Positions 1 to 8,414 of a DNA stretch of 32,065 nucleotides are shown here, piece by piece. The notes under the pieces were generated by a model. It was not told where the DNA came from and did not search any database. It worked only from the letters and a program-made list of their open reading frames with translations. This DNA is from an uncultured bacterium (lineage in GTDB: Bacteria > Verrucomicrobiota > Verrucomicrobiia > Verrucomicrobiales > DEV007). The position numbers and the translations under genes are program-made. The stretch is from assembly GCA_963977015.1 (NCBI GenBank), contig CAXBMO010000040.1:1-32065 (forward strand), written 5' to 3'. How positions within the stretch are numbered: position 1 is the first letter of the stretch; the number at the start of each line of letters is the position of its first letter.

Positions 1-192
1 TTTCTGATCACCGCTCTTCCACCCGGTGGTAACTCATTTACCACAGACCTGAACCGGAGTTGCCTTTGGAGTGGCAGGGAATGCGTAAACGCGAACCGGT
101 TCGCGGAGCCAAGGTCCTCTTGATGTCGCCGGAACCGTAACAGGTTCCGCACGTTCGTTCGCAATCGATGCGTGGTAAATCTTCGGTCGTCC

Positions 193-1770
193 GTGAAGAA
201 TGACGTTGTGGACACCCTTTTACGCAGGATCGACGAGCTAAGCGATCCTTCCCGTTACCCGGGACACCCTGAGCGGATCGAGATCCACCAGACTCACATT
301 TCGGTGGTGTGTGTGGCGGGCGACGATGCCTACAAGCTCAAGAAGCCGGTCAAACTCCCGTTCCTGGATTACTCCACCCCGGCGTTGCGGGAATACTTCT
401 GCCGGGAAGAGGTGCGCCTCAACCGGCGTCTCTGTCCCAACCTTTACCTGGGCGTCGCCCCGCTCTATGAGACCCCTCGTGGAGCTACGTTTGTGCGTGA
501 GGCTTCCGCAAAGGTCGTTGACCATGCCGTGCTCATGCAGACCCTGCCGCAGGATCGCATGCTCGACGTGTTGTTGGAGGAAGACGCGGTTTCCGAATCC
601 GAGATCCGCGACCTGGCAAGGCGCGTGGTGCGGTTTCATCAACTCGCCGCCCGGGATGAGCATACGGTGGAAGCGGGCGCTCCATCGCATCTCCATCAAA
701 ACATCCTCGCCAATTTCGAAGAGACCCTTGGGTTTTGCGGGAGCCTGTTTCAACCAGACCTGCATGCGCAACTTTGGAACCAGGCGGAGCAGGACGTGAC
801 TCGTCACCTTCCGTTGCTGGAAGAACGTTGCCGCAGCGGATTCGTGATCGATGGACACGGCGATCTTCACGCCCGGAACGTCTGTCTGATCACCCCTCCG
901 GCAATCTACGACTGCATTGAGTTCAGCGCGAGTTTCCGTTGTGGCGACACCGCGGCCGAACACGCCTTTCTCATCATGGATCTGCGATATCGAGGACACA
1001 CCAACCTCGCAAAAGCCTATCTGGATGAAGTGATCACCGAAAGTGGCGATGAAGAAATGCGGGATCTCATGCCGATGATGATCCGGTATCGAGCCATGGT
1101 CCGCGCGAAGGTTGCGGCGCTGACGACCCAGGAAGAGGAGGTCGGGCCGGAAGCTCTTCGGGAAGCCGTCACGTCAGCCCGTCGTCATCTCAATCTTGCA
1201 GCCATGGTCAGCTTGGAAGAGCGCGGACCTGCGCTCTTCATCGCCTGTGGTCTACCCGGAACCGGGAAAACCCACGTTTGTGAAGAACTGGCGCACCAGT
1301 CAGGCTGGACCTATGTGGCAAGCGATCGCGTGCGCAAAACATTGGCGGGGGTTGCGTTGCATGAAGCCGCTCCCCAATCAGCCTATACCCCGGAGTTTTC
1401 GGCCAAGACCTATGCCGAGCTTCGGGAACAGGCCAAGGCCACATTGTCCTCCGGCCCCGTGATCATTGACGCGAATTTCAGGTCTCGCGAATCGCGTTCG
1501 GCCATGATTGCGTTGGCCGCCGATTCGAGCATTCCAGTCCACCTGCTTTGGTTTCAGGCGCCTGAGAAGGTGATTGAAGAGCGCCTGCTCCACCGTGCTC
1601 ATCGCAATCCATCTGCCAGTGACGCCGATTTGACGGTGTATCGCGCGCTGAAAGGTTCCTTTGAAGCGCCATCTCCTGGCGAAGGGGCGACGCTCGTTGA
1701 AATCGCCGGGAACCAGGACCGCGACGAGGCGATCACCCGGATCCTTCTCGCCAGCCAATCCTCATCCTGA
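193..1770 (+). CDS. Bifunctional aminoglycoside-phosphotransferase-like kinase / AAA_33 P-loop ATPase (COG2187+COG0645 type)
   Basis: N-terminal QTHISVV, YKLKKPVKLPFLDYST, EEVRLNRRL, HGDLHARN and DCIEF; C-terminal Walker A GLPGTGKT, SDRVRK, IDANF and SDAD. Start uncertain (GTG 172 or 193). Confidence 0.88.
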   Translation: MKNDVVDTLLRRIDELSDPSRYPGHPERIEIHQTHISVVCVAGDDAYKLKKPVKLPFLDYSTPALREYFCREEVRLNRRLCPNLYLGVAPLYETPRGATFVREASAKVVDHAVLMQTLPQDRMLDVLLEEDAVSESEIRDLARRVVRFHQLAARDEHTVEAGAPSHLHQNILANFEETLGFCGSLFQPDLHAQLWNQAEQDVTRHLPLLEERCRSGFVIDGHGDLHARNVCLITPPAIYDCIEFSASFRCGDTAAEHAFLIMDLRYRGHTNLAKAYLDEVITESGDEEMRDLMPMMIRYRAMVRAKVAALTTQEEEVGPEALREAVTSARRHLNLAAMVSLEERGPALFIACGLPGTGKTHVCEELAHQSGWTYVASDRVRKTLAGVALHEAAPQSAYTPEFSAKTYAELREQAKATLSSGPVIIDANFRSRESRSAMIALAADSSIPVHLLWFQAPEKVIEERLLHRAHRNPSASDADLTVYRALKGSFEAPSPGEGATLVEIAGNQDRDEAITRILLASQSSS

Positions 1771-1795
1771 GGGTTCAGCGCGACGCTCCACCCCT

Positions 1796-2422
1796 TCAAT
1801 CACCAAACTGATACCCAAAGCGTTCGATCTCCTTGTGGTAGCGCGCCTCCACGAGTTCCCGAAGTTCGTCATCATAATGCGCCACATAGGAAGGGCGCTC
1901 GCCCTCGCGCATCATCAATGTGGGGAGGCTTTGATCTTTCAGCCCGAGACGTTTCGCGACCGTTTCGAAGTCCTGGTTCAGGCTCTCAAATCGTCCCACA
2001 AAATCGAGCGGCATGGTTCCGTCCTTCGCCTCCAACCAATGCAGTTGCGGACGCATCGCCCATTGGTCCGAATGATGTTTGAGAAAATCGCCGAATGAGC
2101 AGTCATCGGGAACCTGGTGTTTGGCGCGGTGCCTCGGATCATCCATCACATTGCGATACCAGGAAAACGCCCGCGCCCACGGATTCCTGACAAAGGTGAA
2201 CTTGTAGTAGGATCGAAATTGCCGTGCGGTGACGGATTGAGCGTCGGACTTCGCGAAGCACTCCTTCCAAAACGGCTGGGGTTCCGGTTGGATTTGTCGA
2301 ATCGTGCGATGGTCCTGGACTCCCGCCTCCAGGGTTTCAAAATGCCCCAACTTCTTTTCAATGCTGGTTCCGGCGGTCTTCGGGATGTGGATAAAAATGC
2401 AGCGATGCTGGTGGGAAATCAT
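1796..2422 (-). CDS. Sulfotransferase family 2 protein
   Basis: IFIHIPKTAGTSI (5'-PSB loop), FVRNPWARAFSWY (3'-PB) and DFVGRFESL. The family typically starts MIS-, so ATG 2422 was chosen. Confidence 0.9.
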   Translation of the reverse strand: MISHQHRCIFIHIPKTAGTSIEKKLGHFETLEAGVQDHRTIRQIQPEPQPFWKECFAKSDAQSVTARQFRSYYKFTFVRNPWARAFSWYRNVMDDPRHRAKHQVPDDCSFGDFLKHHSDQWAMRPQLHWLEAKDGTMPLDFVGRFESLNQDFETVAKRLGLKDQSLPTLMMREGERPSYVAHYDDELRELVEARYHKEIERFGYQFGD

Positions 2423-2592
2423 GCCTTGGGCTTCTCGGAAATTGGAAGTCCTCATATGGGCGACAACCCTCCCCAGATCAAGTCGCATCACGACTCCCGG
2501 CTTCGTCGGGCGAGGGCGAACCGCGCCAATTCCGGCAAAAACGATTCATTTTTCCGATTCACAGCGGCCAAATTTCCCGTCATAAGTCTCGT

Positions 2593-4452
2593 ATGATTCC
2601 CTCTCTTCGCAGTGTTGGTGGTTTTCTTCGCGGAGACTCCACCCCATTCCAGATTTTCTCGACCACGATTCTCGCTTCGATCATTGGGTTTTTGCCCGGC
2701 TTTCAGCAAGCCCCGGGAATGATGCTGGCGGGGTTTCTCCTTCTGCTCATCGTCAACACCAACCTCTTTCTCGCGGGAATCGTCGGATCCATTGCCCGGC
2801 TGTTGGGACTGGCCTTGCAACCCGTCAGTTTCGGGGTTGGAAGATGGCTCATCGATGGCCCGCTTTCCTCGCTGTTCACCAGCCTCATCAACGGCCCGGT
2901 CACCGCCTGGTTCGGGTTTGAGAACTATGTCGCCTCGGGTGGTTTGCTCTTGGGAGCGGTCTTCGGACTCGTGGCCGGCATCGTGTTTTCCGGAATCATT
3001 GCCGGCTTTCGCAAGCGCATGGCCGCGCTGGAATCGGTCGAGACCTTTCAGAAGGCCAGCAATTTCTGGCTGAGCCGCTTCTTCGGCTGGATCTTTTTTG
3101 GCGGCCTCAAAGGGAAGGAAGATTGGGAAACCATGAACCAGCGCAAGATCGGCAAGCCCGTTCGCTTCATCGGAATCGGAATCGCCGTTGTCGTGATCGG
3201 CCTACTGGTTGCCTCCCCTTACCTCATCTCAAACACCTGGCTGGCGTCCGTCGTTCGCAACCAGGTCGAACCGCTGAATGGAGCGACCGTGGACCTTGAA
3301 GCCGTCGATCTTGACCTCGCCAGTGGCAAGCTCGCGGTCGAGACGCTCGCGTTGTGCGATCCGAACGAGTTGAAGCAGAACCTGTTTCAATCCGTCCGGC
3401 TCGAAGCCAGTCTCAGCGAATCCGATCTCCTCTCCCGCAAGTATGCGATCGACCGGCTCGAAGTTTCCGGCGCCAAGATCAATGAAATGCGGGAGCAACC
3501 GGGCAAGCGAATTGGCCCCAAGCCCGAACCATCGGCTGATCCGGATTTGCCCGACCCGACTCAGGAAGACGAAGACGAGCGAACGTTCTCGATCGAGGGC
3601 GCGGTCGACAAAGCGGACGAACTCAAAGCTCATCTGGCCGAACTGAAAAAGTGGTTGGGCAAAATCAGCGGAGGCAAGGAGGAAGATGCCGGCATCGATG
3701 GCGAAGGGGAGACGCTGGAAGAGCGGCTCGAACGGCTCGCCAAGGAACTCGGCTACGCGCAGGTCATCGCCAGTCATCGCATTGCGGACAAACCCCGTTT
3801 CACGATTCACGAATTGGTCGTCAATGACGTTACCGTTCGCCAAATGCCCGGCGAAACGCTCAACGTTCTCGGCACCGATCTGTCGACCGAAGCTCACCTG
3901 GTCGAAGGCGCATCCACGCTTCAGGTAACGAGCGACAGCGACCGGCTCGGCTTGGCCCTGACGATCGACAAAGACTCCGGTCCCCTCACCTTCCACTACC
4001 GCGAATTGCCGACTGAGACGGTGAAAGGTTGGTTGAAGAAGGATTCCAAATTCCCGTTCTCCGGTGGCCATTTCAACATCGAAGCGAACGGCACCCTCAC
4101 CGGAGGCGAAGTCCATTTGCCGCTTCAGGTCACCGCCGTCGGCAGCCAGCTTCAGTTGGGCGGCCGCACCTTCAACGCGCCCGAGGTTCCCTTCACCGTG
4201 CTGATTTCCGGAGCGCTCGACAACCCCAGAATTCGCCCCCAGCTCAAGGAACTCCTGCGCGGCGCCAAAGGCCAGCTTCTGGAGGAAGGCAAGTCGAAGG
4301 TTCGTGACAAGATCAACGAGAAGCTGGGCGACCGTTTCAACGGCATTCTCGGCGGCGGCAGCGAGGAAGACGGCGAAAGCGGAATGGATAAAGCCGGCAG
4401 CGCGCTCGATTCGTTTTTGCAGCGCCGCAAAGAGAAAAAGGAAGGGAAGTGA
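2593..4452 (+). CDS. Membrane protein: TIGR03546/DUF2062-like N-terminal TM domain fused to a TIGR03545/AsmA-like periplasmic domain
   Basis: Multi-TM N-terminus (STPFQI...IGFLP, LIVNTN). A further TM precedes NGATVDLEAVDLDLASGKL...DPNELKQNLFQ. C-terminal ISGALDNPRI is AsmA-C-like. Confidence 0.6.
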   Translation: MIPSLRSVGGFLRGDSTPFQIFSTTILASIIGFLPGFQQAPGMMLAGFLLLLIVNTNLFLAGIVGSIARLLGLALQPVSFGVGRWLIDGPLSSLFTSLINGPVTAWFGFENYVASGGLLLGAVFGLVAGIVFSGIIAGFRKRMAALESVETFQKASNFWLSRFFGWIFFGGLKGKEDWETMNQRKIGKPVRFIGIGIAVVVIGLLVASPYLISNTWLASVVRNQVEPLNGATVDLEAVDLDLASGKLAVETLALCDPNELKQNLFQSVRLEASLSESDLLSRKYAIDRLEVSGAKINEMREQPGKRIGPKPEPSADPDLPDPTQEDEDERTFSIEGAVDKADELKAHLAELKKWLGKISGGKEEDAGIDGEGETLEERLERLAKELGYAQVIASHRIADKPRFTIHELVVNDVTVRQMPGETLNVLGTDLSTEAHLVEGASTLQVTSDSDRLGLALTIDKDSGPLTFHYRELPTETVKGWLKKDSKFPFSGGHFNIEANGTLTGGEVHLPLQVTAVGSQLQLGGRTFNAPEVPFTVLISGALDNPRIRPQLKELLRGAKGQLLEEGKSKVRDKINEKLGDRFNGILGGGSEEDGESGMDKAGSALDSFLQRRKEKKEGK

Positions 4453-4557
4453 ACCGTTTCGAGAGGCCGAAACGCGAAGTTCGAGAACTTGTCACAGAAA
4501 AACTTTTGCCCTTCGGTCTCTCCCGCTCAGCGTGCTTGTGTATTAACCACTAGAAAC

Positions 4558-5016
4558 ATGAGCAATACCAAAACACACTGCTATTTAAAGATCCTTGCCA
4601 TCGCGGCTTTCCTCTTCGCGGGAGCCAGCGTTCAGGCTGATTGTATCAGCAATCCAGTCCGCCCGGAAAACCGCTGGTCGGCTTGGGAAACGGTGGCGAC
4701 CAGCCATGGAGTGGATCTTCAGGTTCGCTACTATACCTTTACCGGCGGTCCCTGGGGCACTGGCCGGGAGAATACGACGGTTCAGTTTCAATATGTGAAC
4801 ACGGACAACTACTCCCACAGCGCCTACCTGACCGGTGTGAATGGACACCTCCTCGTCGGCGAGCCGTTGTGGTGGAATCGTAAATCGTTCGCCCACGTTC
4901 CGTTTTCGATTCCAGATCAATCCGTATCGTTGGCGGGAGGCGAGACCGCCCAGAGCGAGACCTTCACGTTCGAAGGCCGTATCTGTAAATACTCGATCCG
5001 CTTTTACGCGCGCTAG
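4558..5016 (+). CDS. Secreted hypothetical protein (beta-rich)
   Basis: Signal peptide ILAIAAFLFAGASVQA|D. Fills the gap between genes and is followed by an intrinsic terminator. Confidence 0.7.
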   Translation: MSNTKTHCYLKILAIAAFLFAGASVQADCISNPVRPENRWSAWETVATSHGVDLQVRYYTFTGGPWGTGRENTTVQFQYVNTDNYSHSAYLTGVNGHLLVGEPLWWNRKSFAHVPFSIPDQSVSLAGGETAQSETFTFEGRICKYSIRFYAR

Positions 5017-5074
5017 TCGAGATCCAGATCGCACCTTCGCGAGTTCTGCGAAGAAACCTTTCGATATCACAACG

Positions 5075-5108
5075 AGGGAGCCTTGCCGACGGTGAGGCTC
5101 CCTTTTTT
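5075..5108 (+). terminator. Rho-independent terminator
   Basis: Stem AGGGAGCCTTGCC-GAC-GGTGAGGCTCCCT (two G-U pairs) running into a T6 tract. Confidence 0.85.
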
Positions 5109-5240
5109 GGGGCGTTTTTGCGCCGGCAGGTGAACCGGTTTTCCACTCGTCTGGGATTCCTCACGATTTTGATCATAAAATGTGTCGGTTTTTGTGAGGG
5201 AGATGAGGTATAGTTCTCCCAACCCCTTTTTAAAGAAACT

Positions 5241-5954
5241 ATGACTACACCAACCGCGGAAGCATTGTTGGACCTCGAACGGAAGATTGAATCGGATGTT
5301 ATTGAATGCCGGCGCCTCTTGGACCTTGGGCTGGATGAGGCGGTGGACGAATTGAGGCGCACCTGCAGTGAAGCGGGCCTGTCGAGCAGCAACACTGCCG
5401 AGCGGCTCAAGCAGATGGCCGATCAAAGCTGCCAACATCTGAAAACCGTTCAGAAGAGTTTGGGCATGCTGAACCTGGCGATGAACCAGTTTGTCCTGAC
5501 CGACGGACTAACCCTGGAAAACATCAACACGTTCGACAAGTGGCGCGACCGCGTGTTGAGCGAGCTTCACACCGCCCAGGAAGCGATCCAGGAGATTCAG
5601 CTGGATGGTGACATGGGATGGAAATTGGAATTGATGGACGTGTGGCGCCGCTTCCGGCACCAACTGGAAGTGATTCGCGTTCACATGGCCCTCGACGAAC
5701 AACATGCGGAAGCTGAGTTGCAAGCCGAGCGGGAGCGCCTCATGAAACGCGTCACGGAACTGGAGGATGACATTGAAAAGAATCCGCACGAAGTTCGCAG
5801 ACTGCTGCACGAATTGGGGAGCGAAGCCAAAAAGGACCCGAATGCGCCCACGCTGGGAGGATGGGTCAAAGCGCTGTTGATGTGGCAGGACCAACCCGTG
5901 CCCGAGGAAATCAAGCAGATGAACGTCAAGCAGGCTGCAGGTCGCGACTCGTAA
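5241..5954 (+). CDS. Hypothetical helical/coiled-coil protein
   Basis: 237-aa ATG ORF rich in E/L/R/Q with heptad-like pattern; AT-rich promoter-like region upstream. Confidence 0.75.
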   Translation: MTTPTAEALLDLERKIESDVIECRRLLDLGLDEAVDELRRTCSEAGLSSSNTAERLKQMADQSCQHLKTVQKSLGMLNLAMNQFVLTDGLTLENINTFDKWRDRVLSELHTAQEAIQEIQLDGDMGWKLELMDVWRRFRHQLEVIRVHMALDEQHAEAELQAERERLMKRVTELEDDIEKNPHEVRRLLHELGSEAKKDPNAPTLGGWVKALLMWQDQPVPEEIKQMNVKQAAGRDS

Positions 5955-6017
5955 TCCGGACGAGCAGCATGCCTGGAACCGCGGCAACGAAACAGAGGGT
6001 TGGAATTCGGTCAGCCC

Positions 6018-6497
6018 CTAATATTCTTCTTTGTCCTCACTCGCGGCCCAATTCTGAAACGCGACGATGGCCTCCCCGGGCAACAACCGTTTCGTGACGA
6101 GATCCCGCTCGGCAACCGGCTTCCCGATTTCCTGATAGATGAATCGATCGTCGAACCCGATCTCTGCAGCGTCATCTTGGGAATTCGCATAGTAAATCGC
6201 GTCGAGACGCGCCCAATAAATCGCGCCGAGACACATGGGGCACGGCTCGCAGCTGCAATAGATGGAACAGCCCTTCAGCTGGAATTCTTCCAGCCTGGTT
6301 GTGGCTGCACGAATCGCAACGACTTCCGCGTGAGCCGTGGGATCCAGATTCTTCGTCACCAAATTGGTCCCCGTCGCCACAATGTCTCCGTCGCGCGCGA
6401 TCACGGCGCCAAACGGGCCACCTTTTCCGCTCGCAACGTTGTCGAGCGAAAGCTGAATGGCTTCACGCATGAGGGCTTCATGATTGGGCTTGCTCAT
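6018..6497 (-). CDS. guaD: Zn-dependent nucleoside/guanine deaminase (cytidine deaminase superfamily)
   Basis: GGPFGAVI, DPTAHAEVVAIR, SCEPCPMCLGAIYWAR and GFDDRFIY. SD-like GGGAG precedes ATG 6497. Confidence 0.85.
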   Translation of the reverse strand: MSKPNHEALMREAIQLSLDNVASGKGGPFGAVIARDGDIVATGTNLVTKNLDPTAHAEVVAIRAATTRLEEFQLKGCSIYCSCEPCPMCLGAIYWARLDAIYYANSQDDAAEIGFDDRFIYQEIGKPVAERDLVTKRLLPGEAIVAFQNWAASEDKEEY

Positions 6498-6576
6498 CAC
6501 TCCCAGCTTGGGCTTACTCATCCCGAACACAAGAGATGAATGGCAATCGCCCGTTGCCGACCTAAGATCAAAAAAA

Positions 6577-8346
6577 ATGTCGCCCCGAACTCGAGTCCGC
6601 CCCTCTTCATTGAATCGTAAAGGCAGTTCCATCGGAGGGGGATGCCTGTTCCTGTTTGCAATCCCCTTTGCCGCAGCAGGTATTTTCTGCCTGTTCGCAG
6701 CCTGGGCAGTCTGTTGGAAAGCCCAGGAGGTGCGACTATGGGAGCTGTTGGACGCCACGATTGAGACCGTGCCGGAGAAGAAGCAGGGCCACTGGGACGA
6801 GCTCACCTATCGCTACCGTTGGGAAGGAAGATGGATCACCGCAACCAACGGCGTCGACGGCGATTTCATGAATCCGAAGGCCGAGATCGATTTTTGGAAA
6901 CGGGTTAGCGAGGCAAAGGAATACGAAGAGACGATCCCGGTTTGGGTAAACCCGAAACGGCCGGACAAGAGCTACGTCTTGCCGCCGCGGGCCTCGTTTG
7001 CTCCCCTGATGGTCGGCATCTTCGCGATTTCCCACGGCGGTATCGGGCTGGGGTTGATGACGGCCAGCTTCCTGACAATTCGCGCCGAACGCCATCGTGC
7101 CAAGGCCGAACGCCAATGGCCGGAGCAGCCTTGGAAGTGGCGAAAAGATTGGGTGCGGGGCGTCGCAAAAGTTTCCAGGCCGCCGTGGCACTGGCTAATC
7201 GGCTACTTCACCTTGGTGGTGCTGTCATTGGGCAGTTGGATGGGCTTTCTGCTCTTTACCGAACCAAATGCGACGCTCGGTAATCGAGTCCTCGCCCTCA
7301 TCATGATCAGTGCCGGGTTGTTGTTCGCCTGGTTTTGCGCCCGCCAGTTCAAGCAATACCGGCGGAATCAGGAATTCACGCTGAAGCTGCCGCTCGACGG
7401 GCTCGTTGCCGGGGAAACCACCCAGTTGTTGCTGGAGGACAGCGCGGCGTCAGCCTATCGCCTCCATGAAGCCACGAGAACCTGGACATTGAAGTGTGTT
7501 GGCGAAACGTCGGATGGCGAGAATTCCTCAACCGCCTCGCTTTGGCAGGGCGAAGTCGACGTAAAGGCAGAAAGCGGTCGCAGTCGCGAACTGACGGTCA
7601 CGATTCCTGCGGGAGCGCCGTTGACGAGTTGCTGGAGCCACTCGGGAAAGGGCATTCGTTGGGAACTCGTGGGCAAGGGGAGCAATCGCTCCAAGCTGGG
7701 CCCCTTTCTGTTGCCCGTTTTTCGCTCGAACGAGGCTTCGCAAGAAGCCGTTGAAACCTTTCAGCCCGCGAACGACGACTCCGATCAACCGTTGCAGCCG
7801 GACGCGTGGAACGCGGCGTTTCAGGCCGAACAGATTGATTTCGACCCCGGCGCCTCGCCCGCCCATTTCGTTTTTGGCCCGCGTCGCCACAGCATGCCGG
7901 CGACCACCTCCATGATCATCGGCGTTGCGTTCACCGCCTTTGGATTTGGATTCCAGTTTATCCCGAACTTCATCCCCCGCATTTTTGGAGGAATTTTCGG
8001 ACTGGTAGGGCTCTTCATGCTGAAATCCGCGTTTTGGCAGAATTTCGGAACCTTCACTCTGGATGTGGATGATCAGGGGCTCCGCCTTTCCAAAACGCTT
8101 TTTGGCAAAACCCGGGAAACCACCTGGGCTCCCGACCAGATTGACGACATCGTCGCGGCAAACGCAGCCGCCTACAACGACGTCCAGTTTTACGTGATTC
8201 ATCTCGTTCCCAAGGTCGGCAAAAAGGTGACGCTCACGCCCCTGATTGCGACGTGGTCCACGGCCGATGCCTTTTCCCAAACCCTGCTCCAAAGTCTGGG
8301 ACGCCCACGCCCTGAAGTGCGTCAATCTGGCAATAACGAAGCTTGA
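6577..8346 (+). CDS. DUF3592-like multi-pass membrane protein
   Basis: TM, then YRYRWEG...VWVNPKRPDKSYV, then TM (DUF3592 pattern); PEQPWKWRKDW motif and further TM pairs. Confidence 0.7.
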   Translation: MSPRTRVRPSSLNRKGSSIGGGCLFLFAIPFAAAGIFCLFAAWAVCWKAQEVRLWELLDATIETVPEKKQGHWDELTYRYRWEGRWITATNGVDGDFMNPKAEIDFWKRVSEAKEYEETIPVWVNPKRPDKSYVLPPRASFAPLMVGIFAISHGGIGLGLMTASFLTIRAERHRAKAERQWPEQPWKWRKDWVRGVAKVSRPPWHWLIGYFTLVVLSLGSWMGFLLFTEPNATLGNRVLALIMISAGLLFAWFCARQFKQYRRNQEFTLKLPLDGLVAGETTQLLLEDSAASAYRLHEATRTWTLKCVGETSDGENSSTASLWQGEVDVKAESGRSRELTVTIPAGAPLTSCWSHSGKGIRWELVGKGSNRSKLGPFLLPVFRSNEASQEAVETFQPANDDSDQPLQPDAWNAAFQAEQIDFDPGASPAHFVFGPRRHSMPATTSMIIGVAFTAFGFGFQFIPNFIPRIFGGIFGLVGLFMLKSAFWQNFGTFTLDVDDQGLRLSKTLFGKTRETTWAPDQIDDIVAANAAAYNDVQFYVIHLVPKVGKKVTLTPLIATWSTADAFSQTLLQSLGRPRPEVRQSGNNEA

Positions 8347-8414
8347 ATCTTCCCCGGCTTCCGTTACAAAAGGTTGTGTCCCTACCTCAGTCCCAAATTG
8401 CTCTCCCGGTCCCG

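Noticed and set aside
50-120. Cobalamin-riboswitch-like fragments (AGGGAA, GAGCCAAG)
   Set aside because: The core elements (GCCACTG, B12 box spacing) are absent on that strand, and the downstream gene is unrelated to B12.
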